Shown here piece after piece: positions 50,720-63,478 of a stretch of 64,000 bases of DNA; position 1 is the stretch's first letter, and every line of letters begins with the position of its first letter. Under the pieces are notes generated by a model, which searched no databases, was not told the origin of the DNA, and saw only the letters and a program-made list of their open reading frames with translations. The translations under genes and the position numbers were made by a program. Location of the stretch: assembly GCA_964016885.1 (NCBI GenBank), contig OZ024742.1, forward strand, positions 63,612,001-63,676,000, written 5' to 3'. Source of the stretch: Eledone cirrhosa. Lineage: Eukaryota.

Positions 50720-52050
50720 GACTAAAAATGACCATATTTACCAATCTCACCAGTGTTACTTTCCTGGACATAAACTTAGATCTATGTACACACAAACCCG
50801 ATCAAAAGTCTAGTGAGAAACTCAGGTACATACACAAAGATTTTTGCCATCCTTCTATAGTTTTCAAAAACCTCATCAAAAATATCAGCAAGAGGGTATC
50901 CAATCTCTCTTCTAGCAAAGCTATATTTGACAGAGTGGTACCATATCATAACACATCTCTAAGTAACAGTGGCTTCTCTGAGAGATTTTCTTATTCTCCA
51001 GATCACTGCCCTATTTAGCAAGAAGAAATTCAAACATAAACTCATGATATGTTTCTTACCATCATTCCCACTCAATGTTAAAACTAATGTAGGTAAAATA
51101 TTCCTAATATTTTTAGATTCACATTTACCTGTAGGTCACAAATGCCATCAGATATTTAACTGCCATATAATCAAAATTAGCTACTCTTGTGCTAGAAACA
51201 TGAAATCCTGCATCCTAAATAAACACAAGAAACCTCCATCATCTGGATGCTTATACAGAAGGCCAGAAGTCCGCCCCCTTGACCAACATTGCAAGATTCC
51301 TGCAGTGATATATAAAGCAAAAGTGACTTCCACCAATTAGAACCACCAAACAAAAACCTTAACATATGCAGGTATGTCAGAGAGTCATTCCAAAAGCTGT
51401 TTCCTTAACCTTTAGACACCCAGCCAAGAGGCATATCATGAAACTTAAGCCACGTGGGAAACTTCAAAGAAATGGCATGGATTTCTTCATAAAATGGAGG
51501 ATTCTGGAACATTCCACCCCTACATTAATGGGTCAAAATCCTGGAATTTACATCCGGCTGAAAAATGGAATATACTTTCACAACTGTATTCTAAAGAGAA
51601 CTGCTAGAACAGCCACTTGGATTTCTTCAATCACTGCCAGCATGAATCAATTTTTGTCTGAAGTGATGGACTAAACCAGACTAAAAATCAATTTAACTTG
51701 TTATATGCCTATTCTCTGCCCATAAATTAGCCCCCTTTAAAATTTTATTTTTTTAGAGTTCTCTCCCTTACCTTTTACAGAGTTTACTATAACCTCATAG
51801 CAACCTAACTTTAGTCCTATTAATTACCTCCCCTTAGCTTGAAAACTCTGCAATATGATCAATAATCTCTCTGGAAGTATATCTATTACAAAATGGCATG
51901 ATTACAAATGAATGAGTTAGCATAAAGCTAAAGAATCTCACGTATTTGCCTAATGGCATCGTTGAAGTGCTTATATATACTGTACATCATAACTCATCTC
52001 ATGGACTGAGTGCTCTGACCCCTTGGATATTTCTTACAAAATTTTTACTA
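50720..52050 (+). mobile_element. Degenerate Penelope-like element (RT C-terminus + GIY-YIG region)
   Basis: VTFLDINLDL, YIHK...HP, KRVSNLSS, NVKTNVGKIFL..LDSH, KISYSC and VIYKAKV motifs. Confidence 0.8.
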
Positions 52051-52477
52051 TATACATATACATAATAATAATAATAATACTATTTATAGTTATGTATATA
52101 GTATAAACAACTATAAACAGGAAGGTCAGTAATTTCTTTATTACCTTATTACCAGTAAGAGAAATAGCTCAATGTATGAACGTCAGTTGTTTTACAGAGC
52201 AGTTAAATAAATAAATTATACAATTATCAAAGTTGTGTACATATACATATATATACGTATGGGGCTGAATAATTGGATTTGCAATCGTGAGGTTGTGAGT
52301 TCGATTCCTGGACCAGGCGATGCGTTATGTCCTTGAGCAAGACACTTTATTTCACGTTGCTCCTTCTACCTGGAGTTGCGACCGATAGATAGTATTAGCA
52401 ATTGGAAAGACCAACGGAAACATTGTTCCTTTGGTCCGATTTGACGAAAGTCGATCGACTGTCATATATATATATAT

Positions 52478-52509
<32 letters not shown>

Positions 52510-53205
52510 CAAAGGTGAGTGTGGGATACTATTGAATCAGGGAAATACTGTACCTGTAGTTCATTGAAGTGTAACAGAAGAGCTAAAAAGAAAAATGTTA
52601 TAAATATGCTTTCATAATCCATGTTGAGTTAAAAGTGATATGTAGTGATGTGGTGCAGTGAGCTGTCACACTGATATATCTGTGTTTCTGTCTCTTGAAA
52701 ATAACCATTAACAAAAAGAAGCATTTTAAAGCAATTTCACCTGTTAAATCCATACAGGCTTTGCACTTGTGGAGTTCTGTTTTGAGTAATGTTTTACAAT
52801 CAAATACCATTCCTTTTAGTCACCTCATATGACATGCAAGGATTTAGTGTAAATATAGGTAGAAATATATGTTAATTCATGTCTTGCTTAAATCTTTACA
52901 TCTCTTTTCTGGAACATTTTTTGGTTGTTGCTGCTGTGGTTGTTTAGCTTCAGTTCAACTCTGATTGAGCAAACCTAGGATCAAAGATGATCCAGCCTTG
53001 TGTAGGCTCAGTTCAACTCTCACTGAGCAAAGATATTCCAGTTGTAACCATCCCATCATTTCCTTTTGTATTAAGACAGTGTATCTAAAACTGCATTATC
53101 TAATATGCAATTTTCTTTATAAAAGAGTAAGGTATAAATATATTGTTAATTAACCATACACTTGTATGCATGCATATAAATAGAAAGGTTGCGTTTTTTA
53201 CTTAC

Positions 53206-53295
53206 TCAGACTGCTAATACAGACAGCAACAATAAGTGAACTGATGAAACAGAAGGTGTAAAATCTCATCAGAAGGATCATCATAAAGGATAATA
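53206..53295 (-). CDS. SLC44A1: SLC44/CTL1-like exon E
   Basis: ttctgcAG|...|GTaagt; 90 nt, phase 1-1; (V)LSFMMILLMRFYTFCFISSLIVAVCISSL, a transmembrane segment with LS.....L.RF. Confidence 0.88.
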
Positions 53296-54469
53296 CTGCA
53301 GAAGAACAGATAATAAAAGATCATATATTTTATTATATATATATGTAGTACCAAGTGTTTACATAAAGAAGTGTTCTATGTTATCAACAGAGCTGAAATA
53401 TTGTCTACTTGACACTGTTGATACCTTAGGTTTCAAAATATGTCCTTTATTAGCCATAAAACCTTATTATGGACTACTTGTGACCACTTTCATCAGGCGA
53501 GTAGATATGTAGATATAATGGCTGACATTTGTTCATATGAGAACTTGAGAGATCAAAGTGGGACAGAGGGATAAGCTAGGTAGCTTATGGTTATTCAAGG
53601 GCAGTAACCCTATGTTTATAAGTGTTTAATTTTATATGTATTCATATATATATTATTAAAAGGTTTTGTCACTCATGCATGTCACTCATGCAGGGTAAAT
53701 GAGAACTGCTTGCTACAACAGTGATCTAATATCTGTACACAACTATAGAGTTGAATGAGAATACACATGGGAACAGTCCTCAATAATGGAAACATCAACT
53801 TGTCTATAACTTTTGCATTAGCAACATAACAACCTCATTACATAAGATTCTGTCTGATGAAGTCGCATGATCACAGCTTCACATAATCATGAACACCACA
53901 GAAATATGTATCATGGTTGATTATGAATAAAGGAATTATAAATATCTACATCTGACGTACGGCCCTTTACGGTCTGAGTTCAAGTTCCACCGAGGTTAAC
54001 TTTGCTTTTCATCCTTATATATATACATGGTGGCTGCCAACTCGTTTTCGAGTATGGCCACTACTGAACGAGTGTGACTTTTTAGTCCAGCCAGCAACTT
54101 GAAAACTCTGGTACAAACACTACACTTATGACAATTATTGACACATAGTGCTGGGCCCTTGGTACCATGTGACGACAAGTGCAGAGAGATTTCCAGATAT
54201 AAAGCAATGCCTGTGCCGTGAAGCTTTTATAGTGAGCAAACGCACTGCACAAAGCCAGTCCCACTCTCTTAACCAAGATGATATTTACCAAAAAGAAGAA
54301 CAAGTCAACATCATTGGATACCATCAGGGTTGCGGGTGTTATATCAGAGTTTTCCTTGTCCTAGAATTCTGCCTTGACAAAGGCTAAGGGGTCATCTCAT
54401 ATATACATACATACATACATGATGGCTGTTCCCTCGTTATCGAGTATGGCCATTGCACGAGGAAATAAA

Positions 54470-54503
<34 letters not shown>

Positions 54504-54668
54504 AATTATAGAAACTGCTCTGTAAAACAACTGATGTTGTTACATTGAGCTATTTATCTTACTGGTAATAAGATAGTAATAAATTACTGTCTTTCACTAT
54601 TTAGGCTTTAAAATATATATAACTATAAAAGGTTTTAGTATATACATAACCATAAATAGTATCCTTAA

Positions 54669-54714
<46 letters not shown>

Positions 54715-54777
54715 TAATAACAATAATAATAATAATAACAATAATAACGACAACAATAATAATATACATATATATAT

Positions 54778-55170
54778 TGTGTAATAGTAATATACGCGAA
54801 CGGCAAAGCATAAACGAACTAAGGGAAAAATTAGAAATAAGAGGGATCAGATGTTGTTTAGTCGAGAGATGGCTACGTTGGTATGGTCACATGATGCGCA
54901 TGAAAGACGACAGCTGTATAAAAAAGTGCAGAGCAATAAAGATAGACGGTAGCCACGGAGTAGGCAGACCCAGAAAAACCTGGGACGACCTAATAAATTC
55001 CGACCTCACACACTTACACCTCTCCAAGACAATGTCACTGGACCAAGATCTTTGGCGGTATTCAGTAATAGAGAAGACCCGCCTTACCTGAATACAAAGT
55101 AAAACCTACTACAGTCAGTAGGCATCTCTAACAAAATACACCCCCGTCCCACTACCCCCACCCCATCCAC
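54778..55170 (+). mobile_element. RTE-A fragment lacking most of the 3' UTR
   Basis: ORF 54777..55091. Confidence 0.92.
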
Positions 55171-55967
55171 ACTGGGAACAATAGTCCAGGCAGCTTAGGA
55201 CAAATGTCTTCCATAGTGTCAACATGGTCTCTCGGTCTCTTGTTCGGAAAGTCCTCAAGATCCAACCAGCGAGTTGTCTGCAGATTGTCACCATTTTCAT
55301 GTGTGAGGAAAAAGATGCATCGTCGTTCATGTCTATACCCAGGTCTCGTATCCATTTCGACACGGGAATTTCAGTCCCTCCTGGTCCAGTGTAACTATGT
55401 TGTACTGTATTTGTGTTTGCAGGTTTGTATTGTAAGGCTTGAAATTTTCCAGCATTAAACTGCATGTTGTTGTCTTCCACCCATTTGTATATGGCATCCA
55501 GATCTTATAAAAGGGCAGTGTCAGCCGGGTTTTTGATTGCCTGTGCTACCTTAGTGTCTGTCATCAGCATAGCTAGTGAGGGATGTTGTATGCACTACAG
55601 AGGGCATGTCTGAGAGAGCCACCAAAAACAGTAGTGGTCCCAAGACTGTGCCTTGGGGCACCCCACTTGTTATTGATGTTTCCTTTGAGAGGGCCCCTTT
55701 TGCTGCAACTGTCTGGCTTCTGTCCTTTACGAAATCATGCAACCACTCACCTACTTTTCCAGTTATGCCAAGTCTGTGTAGTTTGTGACATATCATTCCG
55801 TGGTCCACCTTGTCAAAGACCTTCGCAAAGTCAAGATATATCACTTCCACATGTGCGCTGTCTAGCAGTTGTTTCAGTACCCAGTTGTAGTGATGTAGCA
55901 GCTGTGTAAGTCAGCTTCTTCCTGGGTGAAAGCCATACTGTGTGCTAGTCAGGCGGTCATTTTCCTA
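55171..55967 (-). mobile_element. CR1-like LINE RT fragment (same family as 25803-26915)
   Basis: YLDFAKVFDKVDH, SGVPQGTVLGPLLF, YADD, RDLG; overlaps ~100 bp of the 26810-26915 sequence. Confidence 0.92.
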
Positions 55968-56232
55968 GAACTGCTTCATTCGAAGGAAATCATCTGGATA
56001 ATGTCCTTCGAATGAAACAGTTCTAGTCCTGTAGAAGTCATTTCTATATTAAATTTGTTATATATATATATATATATATTCAAATTTTCTTTGAGAAATA
56101 TACAGGACTAATTAAACATTTGCAAGGTAACATTCTAACACTTCTCTTATCGTTATTTTTAATATTTAATGTTCTATTTGCATTGCTGTACCTTTCTTAG
56201 TGTCTTCTATATATACAAGTCTCAATACCTAC

Positions 56233-56399
56233 CGATTGAAAATAAACCCAAATACACCAATTCATTCCAGCTGCGGTAGAGGTCTCCGGTAACCTTCTCA
56301 AAAGCATTCCAATCATTGAAAAAGTGAATGATTTGGGTTATAATACTCATAGAAAAATTCTTAAGATTGTAGGGCACACATCTGTTTAATATGGGTACA
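56233..56399 (-). CDS. SLC44A1: SLC44/CTL1-like exon D
   Basis: cctttcAG|...|GTaggt; 167 nt, phase 2-1; (S)VPILNRCVPYNLKNFSMSIITQIIHFFNDWNAFEKVTGDLYRSWNELVYLGLFSI, with the RC.P and DL..SW motifs. Confidence 0.92.
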
Positions 56400-56517
56400 C
56401 TGAAAGGAGGAGAGAAAGAAAATAATGATAAGTAAACATCCAGTTAATCGTGAGACATAATGAAACTATATTGTAGAGACAGCATAGGCTCCATACTGGG
56501 ACGTTATACATTAGTGA

Positions 56518-57880
56518 AACACTTGACAAAATGGGACACTTGACACAGTGGGGTACTTGACACAGTGGGACACTTGACACAGTGGGGTACTTGAACAGTG
56601 GGTCACTTGGCACAGTGGGGTACTTGACACAGTGGGACACTTGACACAGCGGGACACTTGACACAGTGGAGTACTTGACACAGTAGGACACTTGACACAG
56701 TGGGACACTTGACACAGTGGGACACTTGACACAGCGGGACACTTGACACAGTGGAGTACTTTACACAGTAGGACACTTGACACAGTGGGACACTTGACAC
56801 AGTGGGGTACTTGACACAGTGGGACATTTGAGACAGTGGGGTACTTGACACAGTGGTACACTTGACAGTGCAGTACTTGACACAGTGGGACACTTGACAC
56901 AGCGGGGCACTTGACACAGTGGGGTACTTGACACAGTGGGACACTTGACACAGCGGGACACTTGACGCAGTGGGACACTTGACACAGCGGGGCACTTGAC
57001 ACAGTGGGGTACTTGACACAGTAGCACACTTGACACAGTGGGACACTTGACACAGTGGGACATTTGAGACAGTGGGGTACTTGACACAGTGGGGTACTTG
57101 AACAGTGGGTCACTTGGCACAGTGGGGTACTTGACACAGTGGGACACTTGACACAGCGGGACACTTGACACAGTGGAGTACTTGACACAGTAGGACACTT
57201 GACACAGTGGGACACTTGACACAGTGGGGTACATGAACCGTGGGACACTTGACACAGTGGGGTACTTGACACAGTGGGACATTTGAGACAGTGGGGTACT
57301 TGACACAGTGGGACACTTGACAGTGCAGTACTTGACACAGTGGGACACTTGACACAGCGGGGCACTTGACACAGTGGGGTACTTGACACAATGGGACACT
57401 TGACACAGTGGGGTACTTGACATAGCGGGACACTTGACATGGCGGGACACTTGATACAGTGGGACACTTGACACAGTGGGACACTTGGCACAGTGGGGTA
57501 CTTGACATAGCGGGACACTTGACACAGTGGGACACTTGATGCAGTGGGACACTTGACACAGTGGGACACTTGATACAGTGGGACACTTGATACAGTGGGA
57601 CACTTGACACAGTGGGGGTACTTGACACAGCAGGACACTTGACACAGTGGGGTATTTGACACAGCAGGACACTTGACACAGTGGGACACTTGATACATTG
57701 GGACACTTGACACAGTGGGGATACTTGACACAGCAGGACACTTGACACAGTGGGACACTTGATACATTGGGACATTTGATATTGTGAGATACTTGACACA
57801 GAACATTTGACACAGTAGGACATTTGACATAGTGGGGTAGCTGATACACTGGGACACTGATATGGAAGGATACTTGACAT
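56518..57880. repeat. ~17-bp minisatellite (acttgacacagtggg[ac/gt]), ~80 units
   Basis: Direct inspection; several unit variants and decay toward 57880. Confidence 0.97.
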
Positions 57881-57976
57881 TGTGGGATACAAACGTCTGG
57901 ATAACAGGTTGCAGGAATGCTGCCTCAATAATCTCAACAAAAATACTTAAAATAAAACATAATTATATAAACAAAC

Positions 57977-58189
57977 CTTTTGTGTACAACGACGGGGCAT
58001 GGCCCCTTATTTCCAGTCATGTTACTGGCGTAACGAGATACAACGATATCATAACTGCAAAGGTGTACACCGTTTATTTGTGCAAATTTCTTATATTCAC
58101 TCGGTTTCGACATGGAAACATCTGGACATTTTTCCACGCATATTGAGAGAGATTTTGCTGGATTTTCAATATTCATAAAGAAAACATAT
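57977..58189 (-). CDS. SLC44A1: SLC44/CTL1-like exon C
   Basis: tttgcAG|...|GTttgt; 213 nt, phase 2-2; YVFFMNIENPAKSLSICVEKCPD...FAQINGVHLCSY...CPVVVHK, the Cys-rich extracellular loop (CV..CP). Confidence 0.93.
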
Positions 58190-59547
58190 CTGCAAATATA
58201 TGAAGAAAAATGGTGAAAAAAAATCAAATGCTTAACTTTTATTATTTCTTTTATTTTCATATTTATTTCATACCAAGTGCCATGGATTATAGTTTCTGAA
58301 AGATGCATTTATGATGGTAAGAGCAACAAGGAAGTCTCTATGAGCAACTTGGGCAAAGAATGTTATACAAGATATTTTCACTTGAAAAGTTTGAGTAAAA
58401 GTCCAATTAATGTGCATATAAATAAACATGGTGGTAGTGCAGGTGCCACAAGAAAAAGAACTCTCCACCTTGCACATACAGAACTGATTTTGGCTTGGTT
58501 TCTACAGCTGGATGCACTTCCTTACACCAGCCTCATTTACAGTGGGTACTGGGTGCTTTTTGTCATGTCACCAGCATGACCACATTATAGTGAGGACTGG
58601 GTGCTTTTTGTTGTGACACCTACATGACCACTTTACAGTATGAGCTGGGGAACTTTTTTCTGTATCACCATCACGACCAAATTACAGTGTGGGCTGGGGG
58701 CTACACTGAATGCATACTTCGTTCTCCCATGTGGAAGATGTATGGGAGGGTGAGGTAGGGTGATGCATACAGAATATATACTTCAGTTTTGGCCTGTGCC
58801 TGTGGGGAGTTGAGTATTCTGTATCACTGCATAACGCCAGAGATCTCGGTCCTGTGTCATCGCCTTTGAGAGATGCAATTGGGCAAAGTCAGCTTGCCCA
58901 ATCTTCCTGTGTCTCCCATCGACTTTGAGTGCTCACACACAAACACATACATACACATATTTATATATGTGTATTTATATATATTTATATATGTGTATTT
59001 ATATATATATATATATTGTTATACTTGGGGAGGGTCATATTGTTATAATGCCAGAAATAATAACAGAACACACTCACTGTTTGGTTTGAGTTGGTTTTCG
59101 CTTCTATATCTTTTATATCATAGTTAATTTATCTGGCAATCAATGTTTATCATTGATTGACCAACGGTTAAAAATACAGATATAAATATATATATATAAT
59201 CTATTAAAGTTCTTTCGCCACACATATGTGACATCATCAGTGGTAATATTATGTTTCCTCCCGTTGTATTGTAATGCCTACATCATTTTTATTTTATTTA
59301 TTTATTTATATATATATAATAATAATTGTTTCTACTTTTAGCACAAGGCCAGCAATTATCCCAGTGTATTACTGGTACTTTATTTTATTGATCCCCGTAC
59401 GGATGAAAGGCAAAGTTAACCTCGGCCGGATTTGAACTCAGTCCGTAAAGAGGCTAACTCTATGCTAGAAAGCATGGCATCTAACCCTCTACTGATACTG
59501 TCAATCCACTGCCCTTAGTTATAATAGTATGAGAACTTCTTACCCAC

Positions 59548-59690
59548 CTTTTTTTGGTCATATCTCGACCAGAATTGGAAACATTTGCAATCCGATCATT
59601 CTTCTTGCCACATGTGTTACCAAAACTGTCATAACCATACAAGAGACGGTCTCCGTCACCATTGGTGATTGAGAATGATGTTATAAAGAT
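59548..59690 (-). CDS. SLC44A1: SLC44/CTL1-like exon B
   Basis: tattacAG|...|GTgggt; 143 nt, phase 0-2; IFITSFSITNGDGDRLLYGYDSFGNTCGKKNDRIANVSNSGRDMTKK(R), with the hallmark RL.YGYDS.GN.CG motif. Confidence 0.95.
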
Positions 59691-59753
59691 CTGTAATAGA
59701 AAAGAAGAGGTAATATGAAACTGAGGTACATCTGCCATACTGACAATTTCAGC

Positions 59754-60480
59754 TTAACCCTTTAGCATTCACATTATTTTATATATACTATTATATTTTC
59801 ATGGTAAAGGCTTTACCTCGCATAATTGTCTCACATAATATCGAATCTATGAGATTTTGAAAGTATTTATTTTGAGAACAATACTTTAACATCAGTTTGA
59901 GCGACCAGTTACAGCCAGTTTCAACAGAAAGAGGTAGAGTATTCTGGCCGGTTTTGGCTAGTTTGAACACTAAAGGGTTAACACTTTAGCATTTAAACCG
60001 ACTATATCCAGCCAAAATTTTCTCACTTCTTTCTGTTCAAACAGGCAGTAACTGGCCACTCATACTAATGTTAAAGTATTGTTCTCAAAATAAATAATAT
60101 CAAAATCTCATAGATTCAATATTATGCGAGATAATTATGTGAGATAAAGCCTTTACCGTGAAAATACAATAGTAAATGTAGAGTAATGTAAATGCTAAAG
60201 GGTTAAACCCTTTGAAACTAAACTGCCTAGAACGACACTTAGTTCTATGCTAAAAAAAAAAATTGTTTATTTTAAAGTTTATATTTATTGTTTATATTTA
60301 TCGAAAAGCTGTCCATCATAATTTTATGTAAGAACTTTTGTTAAGTTATGTTCCAAAACCTAACTTTATTATGAGAAAGTTAGTTATATTACTCAATTCT
60401 TCCAAATTCTTCACTATTTCTAAAATTATATAAAAATTGCAGGCAGTGTCTTTCCTTAGAAATATAACAAAAGGGTTTAA
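59754..60480. mobile_element. Three abutting piggyBac-type MITEs (another copy at ~62214-62432)
   Basis: TTAA|CCCTTTAGC...CTAAAGGG|TTAA ends; the first two are the same family in opposite orientation. Confidence 0.85.
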
Positions 60481-61928
60481 AATAGGCCACAATAAAATAC
60501 ATAAGGGAAACTCATTACATAATTGTTTCTACTTTAGGCACAAGGCAAGCAATTTGAATGGAAGGGGAAAGTCGATTAAATTTCCCCCAGTGCTTACTGG
60601 TACTTTATTCTATCAACCCCGTAAGGATGAAAGGCAAAGCTAACCTTGACGGGATTTGAACTCAGAATGTAAAGGACCATAACTATGCTACGCAGCATGG
60701 TGTCCGACGCTCTACTAATACTGCCAATCCACCGCCCTCATTACATAATGAAGTTGAAAAACAAAACTATACTCAAATGAGACAAAACATTTTAAACATC
60801 AAAATATATTGTATACTCATGAGAATTTCAAAACTACGCCATCTAAACAATGTGTTGATTAGCTGCCTCAGTTTATAAATGGTGTTTGGATTTTTTTCCC
60901 ATTTCTCAGATATAAAATAGGGGTCGGCTTATATTGGAGTTTATATAGTAAATATTTCCAGGATACCATTTAAATATCATTGTTATTGTTATATTTGATG
61001 TTCTATTTGCAATACTGTAGTCTTCTATATAAAAAAGAAAACTGTTTTCTTTCTATTATACATAGTGTATTTTATTTATTTCACTATACAATGTACATGT
61101 TTTAAATTATGCAAATTCTATAGATGAATGTTAAGTAACTCAGCCATAGGTACAACACTGTGCCAAAGACAAAATATGAACTGGTAATCATTATCCCTAG
61201 ATAAAATATGGATGACACATACTATAACAAGCACTTTCAGATAATTTTCCCTGTTAACACATTTATGACTGTATTTTTGATGAAAAAAATTGTATTTCAA
61301 TTAATTAATGAAACATCTTAAGGGATTTACTAAAATTATTATTTCATTACTAAACTTAACAGACAGTTCTTATATGAACTTATGTTGGAAGACTTTAATT
61401 CAAATAAGAACTCTTTAAAATAGTTGGTTTTGTTTCATAGAACCAGAATCAGTTCAGAACATGTTGATATCAAAAGGGTTAAGCAAGGGTTAGCCCATGA
61501 CAATTTATTTTTTGCCCTGTTGTTTGCACCCCCCTTAACCCTGACTTTCATCTTCTCCATTATTTTTAGCCATGTATTTTTTGGTCTTACCCTTTCTTCC
61601 ACATTCATATTGAGAAAAACAAATGAAATATTTAAAAGTGTCTTACATTCTTTGTGACAATATATAGGAGAGGATAAATTCCATTTCAGAATAAAATTAA
61701 TTTTAAATACAATTATATCAGAATGAAATTATTTTCGACTAAGATTATATTAGAATAAACATAAATTTTGACAAGAATTTTATTAGAACCAAAATTTTGA
61801 CTAAATTATATTAGAATGAAATTAAATTTTAGCTAAAATTTTATTAGAAATCAAATTACTTCTTACTAATTATATTAGAATAAAATTGAATTTTATTAAA
61901 ATAAAATAAATTTCCCAGCACTACTCAC

Positions 61929-62030
61929 CATTCCAATCCAGAAAAAGAGGAATATCACTAACCACAAGATATCAGTACATCCTTTGTTATGTGCTGGTGT
62001 ACTCAGGTCAGCAATGATGACATCTTGCTT
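61929..62030 (-). CDS. SLC44A1: Choline transporter-like protein (SLC44/CTL1-like), internal exon A (5'-most in window)
   Basis: tttcttatAG|...|GTgagt; 102 nt, phase 0-0; translates KQDVIIADLSTPAHNKGCTDILWLVIFLFFWIGM, matching the SLC44 N-terminal CTD-x-x-W motif (human CTL1 recalled as RSCTDIPWLLLFILFCIGM). Confidence 0.93.
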
Positions 62031-62685
62031 CTATAAGAAACAAAAAAAACAGTAAAACTATTGAAACAAATATCACATTCCAATAAAACAGGTTGATAAA
62101 TATATGATGAGTTGTTACTAAATAAATATACATATGTATACCCATGATATATATATATACATCCATCTATAGACCCTGAACTTCTGATAGAGTCACAGGG
62201 GCATTGTAGGCCTTTAACCCATTAGCATTTACATTACTCTATATTTACTATTGTATTTTCATGGCAGAGGCTTTACTTCACATAATTATCTCACATAATA
62301 TTAAATCTATGAGATTTTGATATTATTTATTTTGAGAATAAAACCTTAATGTCAGTATGAGCAGCAAGATACAGCCGGTTAGAACAGAAAGGGGTGAGAG
62401 GATTCTGGCTGGATATGGCCGGTTTAAATGCTAGTGGAGCCCATCCCTTTCCAGATCTGAACATGGTCATTTTTTTTTTTTCTGTGAGGGATAGGTAAAG
62501 GAAGAATCAACCCCATAATTGGACTGATAATTTATCAAGCTTGAAAGTATGGAAGCCAAATTTGATGTCAGTGGGATTTGAACACAAAATACAAAGAACC
62601 ACACACACACACATATATATATTGTTTCTACTTTATATATATACTACTATATTATACTATACATACATATATATATATATACATA

Positions 62686-62832
62686 TCATCATCATTTTAC
62701 GTCCGCCTTTCCCTGCTTGCAAGGGTGGGATAGGTCCTATTCAGCACAGCATCTCTCCACTTGTCACGGTCCTTCGTCATCTCCTCCGTGAGTTTCAGTG
62801 ATCTAAGGTCTACTCTCAGCACCTCCGCCCAA
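62686..62832 (-). mobile_element. RTE-B extreme 3' end
   Basis: Matches 22495-22640. Confidence 0.9.
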
Positions 62833-62875
62833 TATGTATATATTGTTTCTACACACACACACATATATATATATA

Positions 62876-62914
<39 letters not shown>

Positions 62915-62997
62915 TAATTCAAAATATTAACAAAATAGATATTCTTGTGATCAAGTATATTTTATTATACATATTTCATTGAACCTTGTTTAACTTT

Positions 62998-63045
<48 letters not shown>

Positions 63046-63050
<5 letters not shown>

Positions 63051-63443
63051 ATAAATGCTCTGAAATAGCGATATATATGTGAATATAGACATAGAATATT
63101 CGAAAATATTTTCGAATATTCTATGTCTATATTCACATATATATCGCTATTTCAGAGCATTTATTCCAATTTCTAATTTCTGCCGGACCGGCAACCGCTC
63201 TTTCAAACCAGTTCCTGTACACAGCTAAGTATTCTATAAGTCTCTAGCTGTGTCATTCTCGATAAAAGCACTGGATATGTAGTCCTGATGATTTCTAACA
63301 AGAATGAAACGCGTAGATTACTTCCCTTGCTTTTATCGAGAATCTAATTGTAATACGTGACGTATTCTATTCTATAGCGATTAGGTCTTCAAAATGTTTA
63401 TTATAAACATACAGAATATTTTCGAATATTCTATGTCTATATT

Positions 63444-63452
<9 letters not shown>
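63046..63452 (+). mobile_element. Penelope-like terminal repeat unit (palindromic 5' end + partial tandem repeat)
   Basis: Palindrome ~63046-63170 centred on cgaaaatattttcg; its right arm recurs at ~63415-63452; contains a hammerhead. Confidence 0.75.
63255..63343 (+). ncRNA. Type I hammerhead ribozyme (minimal, palindromic stem III)
   Basis: Stem I gtagtc/gattac extended by a perfect 16-bp attctcgataaaagca/tgcttttatcgagaat; core CTGATGA...GAAAC; stem II ttct/agaa; stem III acgcgt; GUA cleavage triplet. Confidence 0.85.

Positions 63453-63474
<22 letters not shown>

Positions 63475-63478
<4 letters not shown>

Noticed and set aside
51900-51950. Decayed hammerhead after the Penelope ORF (tgaatga-gttagc/gctaa-agaatc)
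   Set aside because: Both catalytic boxes are mutated
53845-53925. Hammerhead-like CTGATGA...GAAAT followed by AATAAA
   Set aside because: Stems I and III are not convincingly formed; at most a dead relic
56386-57940. Cys-rich ORFs resembling metallothionein or keratin-associated proteins
   Set aside because: All three minus frames give the same rotating peptide from a ~17-bp minisatellite inside an intron whose flanking exons splice in phase
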